Shown: positions 36,901 to 49,485 of the stretch, piece by piece
Layout: each line of letters begins with the position of its first letter
Position numbering within the stretch: the first letter of the stretch is position 1
From: Scenedesmus sp. PABB004
Lineage: Eukaryota
Length of the DNA: 64,000 bases
Direction of reading: 5' to 3'
NCBI GenBank assembly: GCA_014905635.1
Contig: JABVCE010000005.1
Coordinates: 124,001-188,000, forward strand
The notes under the pieces: generated by a model
Database searches by the model: none
What the model saw: the letters and a program-made list of their open reading frames with translations, nothing else
What the model was told of the DNA's origin: nothing
Made by a program: the position numbers and the translations under genes

Positions 36901-38970
36901 CGGGACGGCGCCGAGCCGCCCGCGGCGCACGATGCGCGGCTGCGCGCCGCGCTGCGAGCGCTGGCCGGCACCACCGACCAGGCGCCGGCGTGCGGGGTGG
37001 CGGCGGTGGGCGCCAAGCTGCGCGCCGCGCTGCACGCGCTGGCGCTCGCCGCTGCCGAGGCGGTGCGCGGCGGCGAGCAGGCGGCGCAGCGCGGCCGGCT
37101 GGTGGAGCTGCTCGAAGGCAACGTCGAGGAGCTGCGGCGGCTCGCGGCCACGCAGGCGGCCCGGCAGCAGCAGCTGGCGGCGCAGCTCGAAGCGGCGCAG
37201 CGCGACGCGGCCGACGCAGCCGCGACAGCGTCCGCGGCCGCGGCCGCGCTGCAGCAGCAGCTGGACGAGGCGCAGGCCGCGGTCGCCGCGCTGGACGAGG
37301 AGTTGCGGGTGCGGGCGCGCGCGCGCCCACGTGCCCGTGGCGGCGGCGCTTGAGCTCGCGCTCAGCGGCGCCCCCCGCACCCCCCGTGCACTCTGCAGGA
37401 GGCCCAGGCCGCGCTCGCCGCTAGCCAGCAGGGCGGCGCGGAGCGCGATGAGGCGCTGGACGCGCTGGCCGACGAGCTGGTGGAGGCCAGCGCAGCGCGC
37501 GACGCGGCTGACGCGGCGGCGCGGCACGCTGAGCAGCAGGTGTGGCTGGCGCTGCGATGCCGCGGCGCCGCGGTCGGGCTGGCGCGTGGGGCGCCGCGCC
37601 CGCCGCCTCTGCTCGTGGGGCGGCTCGCAACAGGCCGCGGCCGCCGTCGCCGCCGCTGCCGTGCGCGCACGCGCTCGCAGGCGCTCGCGCTGGCGGGCGA
37701 GCTGGAAGAGGCGCTGCTGCAGCTCCGCGTGCGCGAGCAGGTGCTGGACCAGGTCTGGGGCGAGCTGCGGGCGCCGGCGGCGGGCCCCTCGCCACGGCAG
37801 CCAGCGGCGCCACGCGCGTCAGCGGCGCTCGGGGCGCTCAAGGCGCGGCAGCAGGAGCGGGGCGGGCTGCGGCTGCGCCCGCGGCGCGCCGCGCTCGCCA
37901 CCGACGCGCCCGCCTCCCCGGGCGCGGGCCTGGCGCAGCGCGCAGTGCAGGCCGCGCGGCGGCGAAGCGCGGACGCGCAGTGCCCCGAGCACGGCGGCGG
38001 CGAGCCCGGCACGCCCGGCAGGCTGCAGGGCGCGGCGGCCGCAGCCGCCCCCGCCTGGCAGGCCGCCAGCGACGCGGGGTCAGCGCAGCTGCTGGTCGTC
38101 GCGGCGGTGCAGCGGCTGCGGGGCCAGGTGGAGGCTCTGCAGTCGGCGCTCGCGGCCGCTGACCGCGACGCGGCGCGGCAGGAGCAGCGCTTGCTGCAGG
38201 TGCAGTGCGAGCGGCTGGAGCGCGAGCTGGCGCTGAAGGCGGGCGAGGCGCAGCAGGCCAAGGTGGGCGGCGGGCAGGGGTGCGCCTGGCGCGCGGGCGC
38301 ACGCGCGCGCCGCACAGCCGCGCCGGCGGCACCCCGCCCACGCGCCGCCGCGTGCGCCGCCTCGCAGGAGCACGCCAAGCAGCTGCTGGGCTCGCTGCAG
38401 CAGGCCCAGGCCCAGGCGGCCGGCGACGCAGGGCGGCCAGTGGGCGAGCAGCAGCCGCAGGATCGGCCGGCGCGCACGCGGCCGAGCGACCCCGCCGGCC
38501 CTGCCACGCCCTCCGCGGCGCAGGCGGCGGCGCAGCGGAGCGCGGCGCACGCCGACGCGCAGCTGGGCGAGGCGCGGGGCCGCCTCGCGGGGGCCGGCGC
38601 GGCGCTGGCCGCGGAGCGGGCGGCGCGAGGCGCGGCCGAGGCGTCGCGCCAGCACCTGCAGGAGCGCGTGGCGGCGCTGCAGTTGCAGCTCGCGGGCGCG
38701 CACGGCGCGCTCGGCCGCGAGCTCGCCGCGGCCGCCGCGCAGCGCGAGGCGCTGGAGCTGCTGGGCTCGGGGCGCGACACCTGGCGGGCCGCCGCGCGGC
38801 GCGCCGAGGCGGCGGCCGCCGAGGCGCGCGCCGCGGCGGAGGCGTGGGCCGCCGAGCTCACGCGCGCGCGGGCCGAGCTGCTGGAGCTCCGCGCCGCCGG
38901 GGCCGGCAGGGACGGCGCGGCGCAGCGCCGCGTGCGAGAGGCGCTCGGCAGCGACGCGGCGGCCGCGTAG
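33977..38970 (+). CDS. Kinesin-like protein with degenerate motor domain and long coiled coil
   Basis: VRTVLRV, YAFDAVLGP, P-loop AFGAQGSGKSHT, LTLVELAAPE, HVPWRDSPLTRLLQEAL and DTLATI, followed by Ala/Gln/Glu/Leu-rich heptad exons to the stop at 38970. Start and internal exon boundaries are approximate. Confidence 0.75.
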
Positions 38971-39212
38971 GACCACGTAGAACCGTAACTTACGCGGCGG
39001 CCGCGTAGAACTTCGTGAAACCACGTGTTTTCAAGGCTCCCCTGCAGCGCCGCGGCGCGGCGTCACAATTCGAACGGCGCGTCTCGCAACAGCTGCGAGC
39101 TGTTGCGCTCCTTGCGCTCCTCCCACGCTCCTTCCGCGCACTGGGACTCTCCCACGCGGACAGCGCGACCGCCAGCGCGCCCCACGCGCCCACCTCCAGC
39201 CGGCGCGCTAAC

Positions 39213-42079
39213 ATGGACACGGGCGGGCCGCTGACGCGCAGCCGGGCCAAGGGGGCGGGTGGGTGGGGCCGCAGCGCCGTTTCACAGGCCTGGGCAGCCG
39301 CTGCAGCGCCGCCGCGGCGCAGGGAGGGCGGGGCGCGCTCGAGCGCTGCCGCCGCCGCGCCGCCCGCCGCGCAGGCCCCACTCCCAGCACGCGCGGCAAG
39401 GCCGCGCCCCGCTCCAGCCGCAAGGCGGCGCATTCGGTGCGCGGAGGACGGCCGGGCAGCCGCCGCTGCGCGGTGCCGCCGCCGCGGCTCGGCTCACTCG
39501 CTGCTGCCGCGCCGCACGCGCCGCAGGAGGACGGCGGCTGCGGCGAGCCCCAGGAGGCGGTGGTCCCCGACACCGTGGTGGCGGCGGCGCCGACCGCGAG
39601 CCCCGCGCCCGCGACGATCGCCGGCCTCACGCCCGTCGGCTGCGGCGGCGCGACGCCCGCGCCCGCGCACGTGCCCACGCCCGGCCCCTCGCCCGTGCAG
39701 CCGCTCAAGCTCGACGCGCTGTGGAGCCCCGCGCCGGACGCCGCGGGCCGCGCCGGCAGCGCGGGCCTCGCCAGCGCGGGCCTGCGCGACGGCGCGCCCG
39801 ACGACGGCGCGCCCGACCTGGCCGCGATGTTCATTTCCACGCCCGGCGGCCCGCCGGCGGGCGGCGCAGACGCGCACGCGAGCCCCGTGGCGGGCCTGGT
39901 GTCGGGCGAGCCGGCGGCGGGGCCCGCGGCGCCCAGCCCGCCCGCGCCGTTTGCCGGCCTCGCCGCGCTCGCGGAGCCCGCGGCCGTGGGCGAGCCCGCG
40001 CCCGCGGCGCCCGGCAGCGAGGCGAGCGCCCTGGGCTTTGGCAGCCCCGCGGCCATGGCGGACGCGGCGGTGGCGGAGCTCGACGACGCGCCGTCGGCGC
40101 CGTCGCTGCCGCTGAGCCCGGCGCCGCCGCCGCCGCCGGCGGCCACGCCGGCCCGCTCGGCGCGGCGCACGCCCGGCCGCGGCAGCGCGACGCCCGCCGC
40201 GGCCAGCCCCGCGCCGGCGGGCGGCGCCGCCATGCCGGCCAGCCCCTTCCCCGAGGACGACGGGGAGCTGCCGCCGGCGGAGGAGGTCTACTCGGACGAG
40301 GAGGCGCTGCTGGCGGAGGCCGCGGCGGAGGGCCTCGTGCCGCCGCCGCCCGCGGCGCCCCCCGCGGCGCCCGCGGCCGTCGCCGCCGCGCCCGCCCCGG
40401 GCGCGGCGGCGGCGGAGGAGGAGGAGGAGCTGAGCGACGAGGAGCTGCTGCCGCCGACGAGCGACGCGGACGACGAGCTGCTGGACGACCTGGACCTGGT
40501 CAGCGAGGACGGCGCGGCCAGCGAGGACGGCGAGGGCGCGGGCAGCGACCCGGGCGCGGCCATGGCGAGCGAGGGCGAGGCGGCGGGGCGGCAGAGCCCG
40601 GGCAGCGAGGACGCCGCCATGGACGAGGGCAGCCCCGCGCCCGCCGCGCCCAGCCCGCCCGCGGCCAAGGCGCCGACGCCGGCCAAGGCGCCGACGCCAG
40701 CCAAGGCGCCGACGCCGGCCAAGGCGCCGACGCCCGCCGCCAAGGCGCCGACGCCAGCCAAGGCGCCGACGCCGGCCAAGGCGCCGACGCCCGCCGCCAA
40801 GGCGCCCACGCCGGCCAAGGCGCCGACGCCCGCCGCCAAGGCGCCCACGCCGGCCAAGGCGCCGACGCCGGCCAAGGCGCCGACGCCCGCCGCCAAGGCG
40901 CCCACGCCCGCCAAGACGCCCACGCCGGCGGCGGCCAGCCCCGCGGCGGCGGGCTCCGCGCGCCGCACCGCGGGCGCCGCCACCGCCACGACCGCGCCGC
41001 GGTCGGCGCTGGCCGCGTCGGCACGCAGCAGCGCCGCGCACGTCGTGGTGCCGGGGCCCAGCCCCGCGCGCAGCGCGGCGCGCGCCGGCGGCCGGCCCGC
41101 GCCCGGCGCCGGCGGCGCGAGCCCGGGGCACACGCCCTTCCCCAGCAAGGCCCGCGCGGCGGCCGCGGGCGCGGCCGCGGAGCGCGCCGCCGCGGCGCCG
41201 CCGTCGGGCCGGGCGGCGGCGGCGGCTGTCAGCCGCAAGAAGGCCCTCGCCACCGCGGCCGCGCACAGCGCGCTGCAGGCGTACGCCGCCGCGAGCGCGG
41301 CCGAGGCGGCGGCGGGCGGGCCCAGCCCTGGCCCGCGGGGGCGCAGCCCCGTTGGGGCTGTGCCGCCGCCGCCGTCGCGCCTGCTCGCGCCGACCGCCGC
41401 GTCGGCGGCCAAGGCGCGCCGCAGCGCGACGCCCGAGGCCGGCGACCCCGCGCCCGCGCCCGCGCCGCGGCCGCGGCTCGCGAGCAAGGTGGTGGTGCCC
41501 AGCCCCAAGGCGCCCGCCGCGGCCGAGCCGAGCCTCAAGGCCCTCAAGCGCAGCATCCGGGAGAAGACCGCCGCGCGCGCGGCGGCGTCGCTGGCCGAGG
41601 CCGGCGCACCGGGCGTGGTGCGCGCGCGCGGCGCGTGGGCCGCCCGCCGCGCCCGCTGCGGCAGCCCCGCCCGCCGCCCACCGCCCGCCACCACTGCGCG
41701 CCCGCCCGCCCGCCGCCAGGCGGCAGACGTGGGCGAGGCGCGGCGCGGCGCGCGGCCGCAGGCGGCCAAGCCGCGCAAGGCGGCGCCGGCGGAGCTGGAG
41801 TATGACGATGACGACGACGACGACGACGACGAGGCCGGCGCCGACCAGGACGCGGGCGCCGCGGGCGCGCTCGCCGACTGCCTCGCGGGCCTGCGCGTGG
41901 GCGGCGCACGCGCCGGCCCGCTGCGCGGCGTCCCCGCGCCGGCGGGCAAGCACATCGTGTTTGACGACGGCGGCGCGGCGCGCGAGACGCCCGCCAGCAA
42001 GCTGCGCGCGGCGCCGCGGCACATCGTCTTTGACGACGACGGCCGCCCCATGCCCGCGCCGCTGCCTCGCTGGCGCTGA
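39213..42079 (+). CDS. Disordered Pro/Ala-rich protein with AKAPTP repeats, acidic tracts and two C-terminal (K/R)HIVFDD motifs
   Basis: ATG 39213 (MDTGGPLTRSRAK), exons 39213-39258, 39375-39436 and 39527 onward, in the frame of the 938-aa ORF. Stop at 42079. Confidence 0.75.
40663..40928 (+). repeat. Coding minisatellite, 18/21-bp unit (GCCAAGGCGCCGACGCCG), 14 copies encoding (A)AKAPTP
   Basis: Directly visible tandem array. Confidence 0.95.
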
Positions 42080-42540
42080 GCGCCGCCGGGGCGCCGCAGC
42101 GGCGCGGTGTGCAGTGTGCAGCTCCCTTGCCAAGCTGTGCAGACGATGGATGGGCCTTTTTTGGTGCACGAGCGCGCACGTGCGCGCGCTGTGCAGGCTT
42201 TAGCTGCTAGGGCAGGTGTCTTGTGGGACAGGACAGGGCAGGCAGGCAGCTGGAGCGGCGGGAGAGGGGGCGGGGCCCTTAAGGGGGGGGGAGGGGCTGG
42301 CCGCCGCACGCCGCGGTGCTGGCTGCGCGCTGGCACTGCAGCGGCGGGGACGCGCGCGTGCTGCACGTTGCAGCCGACAACTCCCGAGTAACAGTGCGCC
42401 CGCCGGCGCCCCGCCCCCCGCCTTCCTGGACTAGCGCGACGCCCCCTCTGCCTCTGCCTGCCTGACTGCCCCGCGACCAGTGCAGTGCTCGGCGCCGACT
42501 CGCCGCAAGACCGACCGACTCCCCTGCGCCGCGCGCGCGC

Positions 42541-44409
42541 TTACGGCGCCGCGTCGCCGCCGGGCGGCGGGCGCGCGTGCGCCCGGTGATGCTCCGCCAG
42601 CAGGTGCCGATACTCCGCCGCGCACGCGTGCCGCCGCGCCTGCCGCGGGTGTGTCGCGGCGCCGTGGCGGCCCGGCGGCGCGTGCCCGGCGCCCGCCGGC
42701 GCCGGGCCCGCGAGCGCGCGCAGCGCCTCGTCCGCGGCCGCCGCGGGCGGCGGCTCCTGCGCCGGCGGCGCGCCGCACGGCCACGCCTGCAGCACCCAGG
42801 GCGACGCGGCCTCGCGGAACGCGCGGCGCGCCGTCCCGCGCGCCGTCTTGACCTCGCTGTGGCTCAGCAGCAGCGGGTGCAGCGCGAGCAGCCAGTCGGG
42901 CCCCGCGAGCCGCGCGTCGTCGTCGACGTACACCCACGCCGTCTGCCGGCAGGGCCCGTGCAGCGCGTCAAAGGTCGGCCGGTCGCTCGGCGTGAGCGAG
43001 GCAAAGGAGTGCGGGAAGGGCAGGCCCAGCAGGGCGGCGTCAACAAAGAAGAGGTTCACGCCCTCGTCGTCAACAGCCACGAGGCTGTAGTTGAACGCGG
43101 CCGCGATGCTGCACACGCGGCGCCGCGCGAGAGGGGAGGCGAGGGGGGGTCGCGTGGGTGGACGTGGGTGGGTGTGCGGATGAGGGCAAGCGCGTGGCGC
43201 GGGGCCGGAGCGGCGGCGACCCCCGGCGCGCACCGCTCCATGGCGAGGCCGCTGGCGCCGTAGTAGCACGACACCGTGTCCGTCCACATCTCCTCGGGCG
43301 AGTACAGCACCGCGTACGACTGGTTGGGCGCAAAGTTGCTGCGCAGCGCGCAGGGCAGGCACCGCGCGCGCGGCGGCGGCGGCGCGCGGCGGCGTCGCGC
43401 GGGGCAGGGCGCGCGGCAGGGCGGCGCCGGAGGGCGCCGGCCCTGCCCTGCCGCGCCCGCGCCGCGCCCGCGCCGCGCCCGCGTCGCGCCCGCGCTGCGC
43501 GCCCGCTCACCGGTTGTACTCCACCGCAATCTGGCGCGGCCGGTAGCCAGCCGCCAGCACAGCGCGCAGCAGGCTGGGCGCGGCGGCGCGGCGCGGTCGG
43601 GTCGCTGACGGCGGTCGGCGGTCGTGTCGCTGCGCCGCGCATGCGCCGCGCCGCGCCGCGCCGCGCCGCGCCGCACTAGGGCGTGTTGAGGTCCACGTCG
43701 ACGGTGAGGTGGTCAAACGCGCGGGGCACGCCGTACTTGCCAAACAGCGACGCGATGTTCTCTGCAGCGCACCGGCCGGCCGGCGGTGTCGGCAAGCAGC
43801 AGCGGCGCGGCCGCCCTCGCGGCGCCGCGCGCCGCGCGCACCGGCTGTGAGGAAGTGTTTGTGGAGGTTTATGAGCGGGTCCTCGTGCCCGCCGTCGAGC
43901 AGCAGGCCCTTCCAGCCCTTCTTGCGCAGCGCGCGCGTCGTACACTCGCTGCATGACTCGACTCCGAACTCGACGTAGGTCCTGCCCGGCGGCGGCGGCG
44001 GCGGCACGGCGGGCGCCGGGCGCGGCGCGTCGGGCGCGGCGCGTCGGCCGAGGCGCGGCGCGTCGGGCGCGGCGCGTCGGGCGGCGCACGGCGCGGCGGC
44101 GAGCGGCGGCGCGGCGCACTTGGTGGGCGCGCCGACGCACGAGGATATGAATTCGATGAGCCCGTCCTCGCCGTACTGGGAGTAGACCTTGGCCTCCTTG
44201 CTGCCGGCCAGGAAGCCCGACGCGAGGCAGTGGAAAGCCGGCGTCGCGGACGCGCGCACGGCGGGCGCGTCGCGGTGGGCGGGGTACCAGGCGAAGAGCT
44301 CGGCCGTCACGCCACCGGGAGGCGGGGAGGGGGCCGGCGGCGCCGCGGCCGCGGCCGCCAGCAGCGTGGCGAGCCGCAGCAGCAGCCCCGGCCCGCGCCG
44401 CCCCGCCAT
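42541..44409 (-). CDS. Secretory-pathway FkbM-like SAM-dependent methyltransferase
   Basis: Signal/anchor LLLRLATLLAAAAAA, then VYSQYGEDGLIEFI, YVEFGV, GWKGLLLDG, FLTAENIASLFGKYGVP..FDHLTVDVD, YRPRQIAVEYN, YYGASGLAM and GVNLFFV. Confidence 0.82.
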
Positions 44410-45031
44410 CCCGCCCGCTGATGCTCCCTGCCGGCCCTCAAGGCGAGGGAGCAGCGGCGTGTGGCGGCCCAGGCGCTGCGCCGCGCCAGCAGGCGTGGGC
44501 CGGCGGCGCGCGGCCGCTGCTGCTGCGGCGCGATTGCGGCGGCGCGGGACTGCGGCGCTCTGATCCGCCAAGCCGGACGCGGGATGCTGTCGCGATTGAG
44601 AGGAGGAGGCGCCCGACCGGTGCGCACGCGTCGCAACGCTGCGGCGGCTCAACCGCGTTGCACCGCCCGACACTGCGCCCCGCCGCGCCCTGCCCCGCGA
44701 AACGCCACCACGCATCCACAACTCCAACTCCCAGCAGCCAGTGACCTCGCCACGCGCCTCGGGGCGCCAACACCCGACAGCGGGCTCTAGCGCCGCCGCG
44801 CGCTGGCGGCGCAGCACGCGGCGGGCGGCACGGCAACGGCGGCGGCGGCGGTCGCGCCGTCGTGTTGCGCCGAGCCGGCAGCCCCGGCCGGCGCCACACA
44901 CGCCGAGCAACGCCGCCGCACAACCGCGCCGTTGCACCGCCCGACGCCGCGCCGCGACCCGCGCCGCCAGGCCAGCCGCCCACACCGGCTGCGCGCGCGA
45001 TCCGCGCCGCGCGCCATCAGGCGCGCCCGCG

Positions 45032-48000
45032 ATGTCTGCGGAGCACCAGCAGCAGCAGCAGGCGGGCGCAGCGCCCCCCGCGCCCGCGGCCGCGCCGGTT
45101 GCTGCCGGGGCCGCGCCGGGCGCCGTGGGCTACCAGCTGGCGTACGTGCAGCTGCCGGGCGGCTCGGGGCAGCCCTTCCTCCAGCCCATCGTGCTCGCGG
45201 GCGGCCAGGTCGCGGGCGTGGCGGGCATGGGCGGCCTGGGCGTGCAGGGCCTGGCGCAGCTGGTGCAGGGGCAGCAGCTGGCCTCGGCGGCGCTGGCGCA
45301 GAGCGCGCGCGCGGCCGCGCCGGGCGGCGGCAGCAGCGGCGGCAGCGGCGGGGGCGGCCTCGACGCCGCGATGCGCGCCGCCCTGGCCGCGCCGGCGGCC
45401 GCGGGCAGGGCCGCCGGCGACGTGGCCGCCGCCGGCGGCGCCGCGAGCGCCGCGGCCGCGTCGCCGGCGGCGAGCGCCGCGGAGAGCGCGGCGCTGCTGG
45501 CGGCGGCGTTCCAGGCGCCCCCGGGCGGCGGCAAGGCCAAGGCGGCCAAGGCCGGCGAGCCGGGCGCCGGCGGCGCCAAGCGCGCGGGCGACGCGGCCGC
45601 GGCGGCGACGGCCGCGGCGTCGCGCGTGCCGGCGGCGGCAGAGGCGGCGATCGCGGCCTGCGAGGCGGCCGCCGCGGCCACGGCGGCGCGCACGCCCGAC
45701 GCTCCGCTGCCGCCGCCGGGCGGGGCGGCCACGGGCGCGCCCGCCGGCGCGCCGGCACAGCCGCCGGACGCCGCTGCCGCGCAGCAGCCCTCGGCGCCGG
45801 CCGACGCGCAGCAGCAGCAGCAGCAGCTGCTGCTGCTGCAGCAGCAGCAGGCGGCGGCGCTGCTGCTGCTGGACTCGGAGCCAGACGACGAGCCGCCGGG
45901 CGGCGGCGGCGGCGGCGGCGTCGGCGAGCCGACCGCGCGCGAGCGGCGGCTGCGGCAGCGCGCCGTGTTCAACCTGCGGCGCAAGTACGCGGAGCTCACG
46001 GCGCAGGTCGAGGCGGCGCTGTGCGAGGTGGGCGGGGCCGGCGCCGCCGCCCGGGGCTGCCGCGCGGCGGCCGCACGGCGGGGGCTGCCCGCGCGCCCCG
46101 CGCCCCGCGCGCGCGCACGGCGCCACCGCCCACGCACCCGCCTCGCCCGCGCGCCGCCGCGCAGGCGCGCGCGATGGTGGCATGGAAGGCCGCGCCGCGC
46201 GCGCCGCGCGCGCCCGCGCTGGAGGAGCCCGAGCGCAAGCTGCTCGCCGCGAGCCGCGCGCGGCGGCTGTCCGAGGTCGCGGCCAAGCCCTGCCTTGGGC
46301 TCATCAAAGCGCTCATGGCACACAAGGTGCGCCGCTGCGCGCTGCGGGGCGGGGCGCGGCCCCCGCGCGGCCCCCGCGCGGCGCGGCGCGCTCCCGCGCC
46401 CGCCCGCCCCCGCGCGCCGGCGCCGACGCCCGTGCGCCGCACGCGCCGGCGTGCCCCCGCCGCCCCCTCTGCACCGCCGCCCGCGGGGCCCGCAGTTTGC
46501 GTTTCCCTTCAACAGCCCCGTCGACCTGGCCGTGTACCGCGACTACGCCGACCACGTGGCCACGCCGATGGACTTTGGGACGATGAAGGCGCGCGCAGAG
46601 GCGGGCGGGTACGCGGAGCCCGCGCAGGTGCGCCGCCGCCATGGCACGCGCCGCCGCCACCGCCGCCGCGCTCCGCGCCGCGCTCCGCGCCGCGCTCCAC
46701 GCCCGAGCCGCGTCCCCCGCGCCCGCGTCCCCCGCGCCCGCCTCTGCGCGCGCTGCCGGGCCAGGTGTATGACGACGCGCTGCGCGTGTTTGGCAACGCG
46801 CGCACGTACAACCAGCCGACCGAGGACGTGTACTACATGGCGACCGTGCTCGAGGTGCGGCGCGCGCGCGGTGTGTGGGCGCGTGTGGGCGCGCGTGTGG
46901 GTGTGTGGGCGTGTGGGCGTGGGGGCGTGTGGGCGTGGTGGCGTGTGGGCGTGGCGCCGCGTCGCGGGCACGGGGCGCGGGCACAGGGCGCGGGCCCACG
47001 CCGCCCCGCGCGGCGGCGTGCGCGGCGGCCGGCCCGCAGGAGTACTTCCAGGAGCGCTGGAGCAAGCTGGTGCTGCCCAAGCTGCAGGACGAGGCCAAGG
47101 CGGCGCGCGCGGAGGAGGACGCGCTGCGCGCACGCAAGGCCGCGGCGGCGCGCGCCGCGACCGAGGCGGCGGCGCAGGAGGCGGCGTGCCGGCTCGTGGC
47201 GCACCTCGACGAGCTGCACGAGACGCTCGGCGCGCTGCGCGTGCAGGCGGCGCTGTGCTGCGAGCCGCTGGCGGCGGGCGCGCGCGCGGGCCTGGCGGCG
47301 GGCCTGGAGGCGCTGCCGCTGAAGCAGCTCGAGGCGGCGCTCGGCCTCGTGCTGCCGCGCCTCGCGGCGGGGCTGGAGGGCCGCGGCGGCGAGGTGGGGG
47401 GCCGCCGCCGCGCCGCACACTCCGCGCGCGCCGCGCGGCGGCCGCCTGCGCCCGCCGCGCTCACCCGCCCCCGCTGCGGCACACGTGCGCGCGCGCCGGC
47501 GCCGCCGCAGGGCAAGCTGGAGGTGGAGGTGGACCTGGCGCGCTGCAGCGCGCTGGAGCTGCGCCAGCTGCAGCACTTTGTGGCGGCGTGCCAGCAGGCC
47601 AACAACGCGACCGGGCTGCAGCAGGCGGCGGCGGCGGCGCCCGCGGGCGAGCCCGCCGGCGCGGCCGCGGCCGGCAACCCCACGGCGCAGCCGGCAGCCA
47701 ACGGCGCGGCGCAGCCGGCGGGCGCGGCGCCGCCGGCGGGCGCCAAGGGCGAGCCCGGCAAGCCGGCGCCCGCACTGCCGCCGCTGGCGGCACCGCCGGC
47801 ATACGGCCCGCAGCCGCAGGCAGCGGACGGCGGCGCCGCGCCCAACGGGGTGGCGGCGCCCGCCGCGCCGGGCGGCGGCGCCGGCGGCGCCGGCGGCGCG
47901 CGGAGCATGAGCGGCTTTCCGGTGGTGTGCGTGCACGAGGCCTCGCTCAGCGAGCGCGCGGGCATCGTGTGGCCGGGGCAGGTCGTGGGCGCGGGGCTCA

Positions 48001-48867
48001 AGGCGCGCTCGCGCGTGCTGCTGCCGGGGCAGGCGGACGTGCCGCCCGCGCCGCCGCTGGCGCACGCGGCCCTCAACAAGCAGGGCGGGCACGCCGGCGC
48101 CAAGCGGCGCTCGTCAGGTGAGGGCGCGCGGAGGAGGGGGAGGCGCCGGGCGGCTGCGGCGGCTGCGGCGGCGCGCCTCCGCGGCGCGGCCGCTCACGGC
48201 CCCGCCCCGCCCCGCCGCCGCACGCCGCAGACACGGGCATGGCGCGCCCGCCGCTGCCGCCGGCGGCGCGCGGCAGCCGCCTCGCGCTGGGGCCGGGCGC
48301 GGGCCTGGGCGGGGCGGCGCGCCCGCCGGCGGCGCGCTCCCGCCCGGCTCGCCGTTTGCGGGGCCGGCGGCGACCATGGTGCCGCCCGCCGCCGCCGACA
48401 GCACGCCGCCCGTGGCGCACCACCACGGCGCGCCGCCCGCGCCGTCGCCGCGCCGGCTGGTGATGGCCAGCAGCAGCACGGACCTGCAGCAGCAGGGCCA
48501 GGCGCAGGGCGAGGACAGCGGGCAGCAGGGCGCCGCGGCGGCGGCGCGCGGGCGCAGCCCGGACGCCGCCGGCGCCAAGCGCAGCGCCAGTCGCAGCCGC
48601 AGCCCCAGCAGCAGCCACGGGCGCGCGCCCGACGACAGCGCTGGCGGCGCGCGGCAGCGGCTGCGCAGCAGCAGCAGCGACGGCGGCGCCGGCGACGACG
48701 CGGGCGGCAGCCGCGAGCGCACGCAGAGCGCCGCGCCGGCGGCCGGCGGGGGCGGCGGCAGCGACGCGCGGCGCGACGCGTCGGCGGGCGGGGAGAGCGA
48801 GCTGGACGACGAGTTTGTGGACGCGCGGGGCGGCAGCGACAGCGAGATGGCGGACGCCGCCATGTGA
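45032..48867 (+). CDS. Bromodomain + extra-terminal (BET/GTE-like) protein
   Basis: Bromodomain LMAHKFAFPFNSPVD...DYADHVATPMDFGTMK...DDALRVFGNARTYN...VYYMA. ET domain LAAGLEALPLKQLEAALGLV...EVEVDLARCSALELRQLQHFV. Confidence 0.88.
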
Positions 48868-49485
48868 AAGTGGGGCGCCGGGCCGGGGGCGCCGCCGCGG
48901 CAACGCACGACCGCCTGACAGGCCACTCCGCGCGCGTTACAGCGGCCGCCGCGGCAACCTCCGGCCGTGCGAGGGAGGCGGGCAGCGCGCCGCGCCCCGT
49001 CCCGCGGCGCGCGGGGCCGCGCAGCGCAGCGCAGCTCGCCGCGTCCCCATGTAGATGTACACGATTGATGGTTGTACAGCGCAGCTCAAGCGACACCCCA
49101 GCCGACGGCGCCGCCGCCCGACCCAGAGCGCATGCAGCGTGCCCCGTCCGTCCGTCCGCCCGTCCGTCGTCCGTCGTCAAGCCGTGGCGGACCGCCAGTC
49201 AATGAATGGGCCGCAGGAGCGGCGCCGCGGGCGCGCCTCGGCACGGGCGTCAAGTGCGTCGTCGCAGTCTCTTTGCGCGCGCCGCCGCGCGCCGGTCAGC
49301 CCCTGACCGATGGCAACGACGGCCCCCGTCGCGGTTCTCGCGCGCCAAAAACGTGAAACAACAACGCTCCAGACGACGACGACGGCGACGGCGGGGCGCG
49401 CGCGCGTGCAGGCCCCGCCGCGCCGCTGCCCCGCCCCGCCCGCTCGCGCACGGCCGCCACAGGCGCCGGCAGCCGCTGGCGGCGG

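Noticed and set aside
40663..40928. CRISPR-like array
   Set aside because: The repeats are contiguous without unique spacers, in frame within a CDS, in a eukaryotic context with no cas genes.
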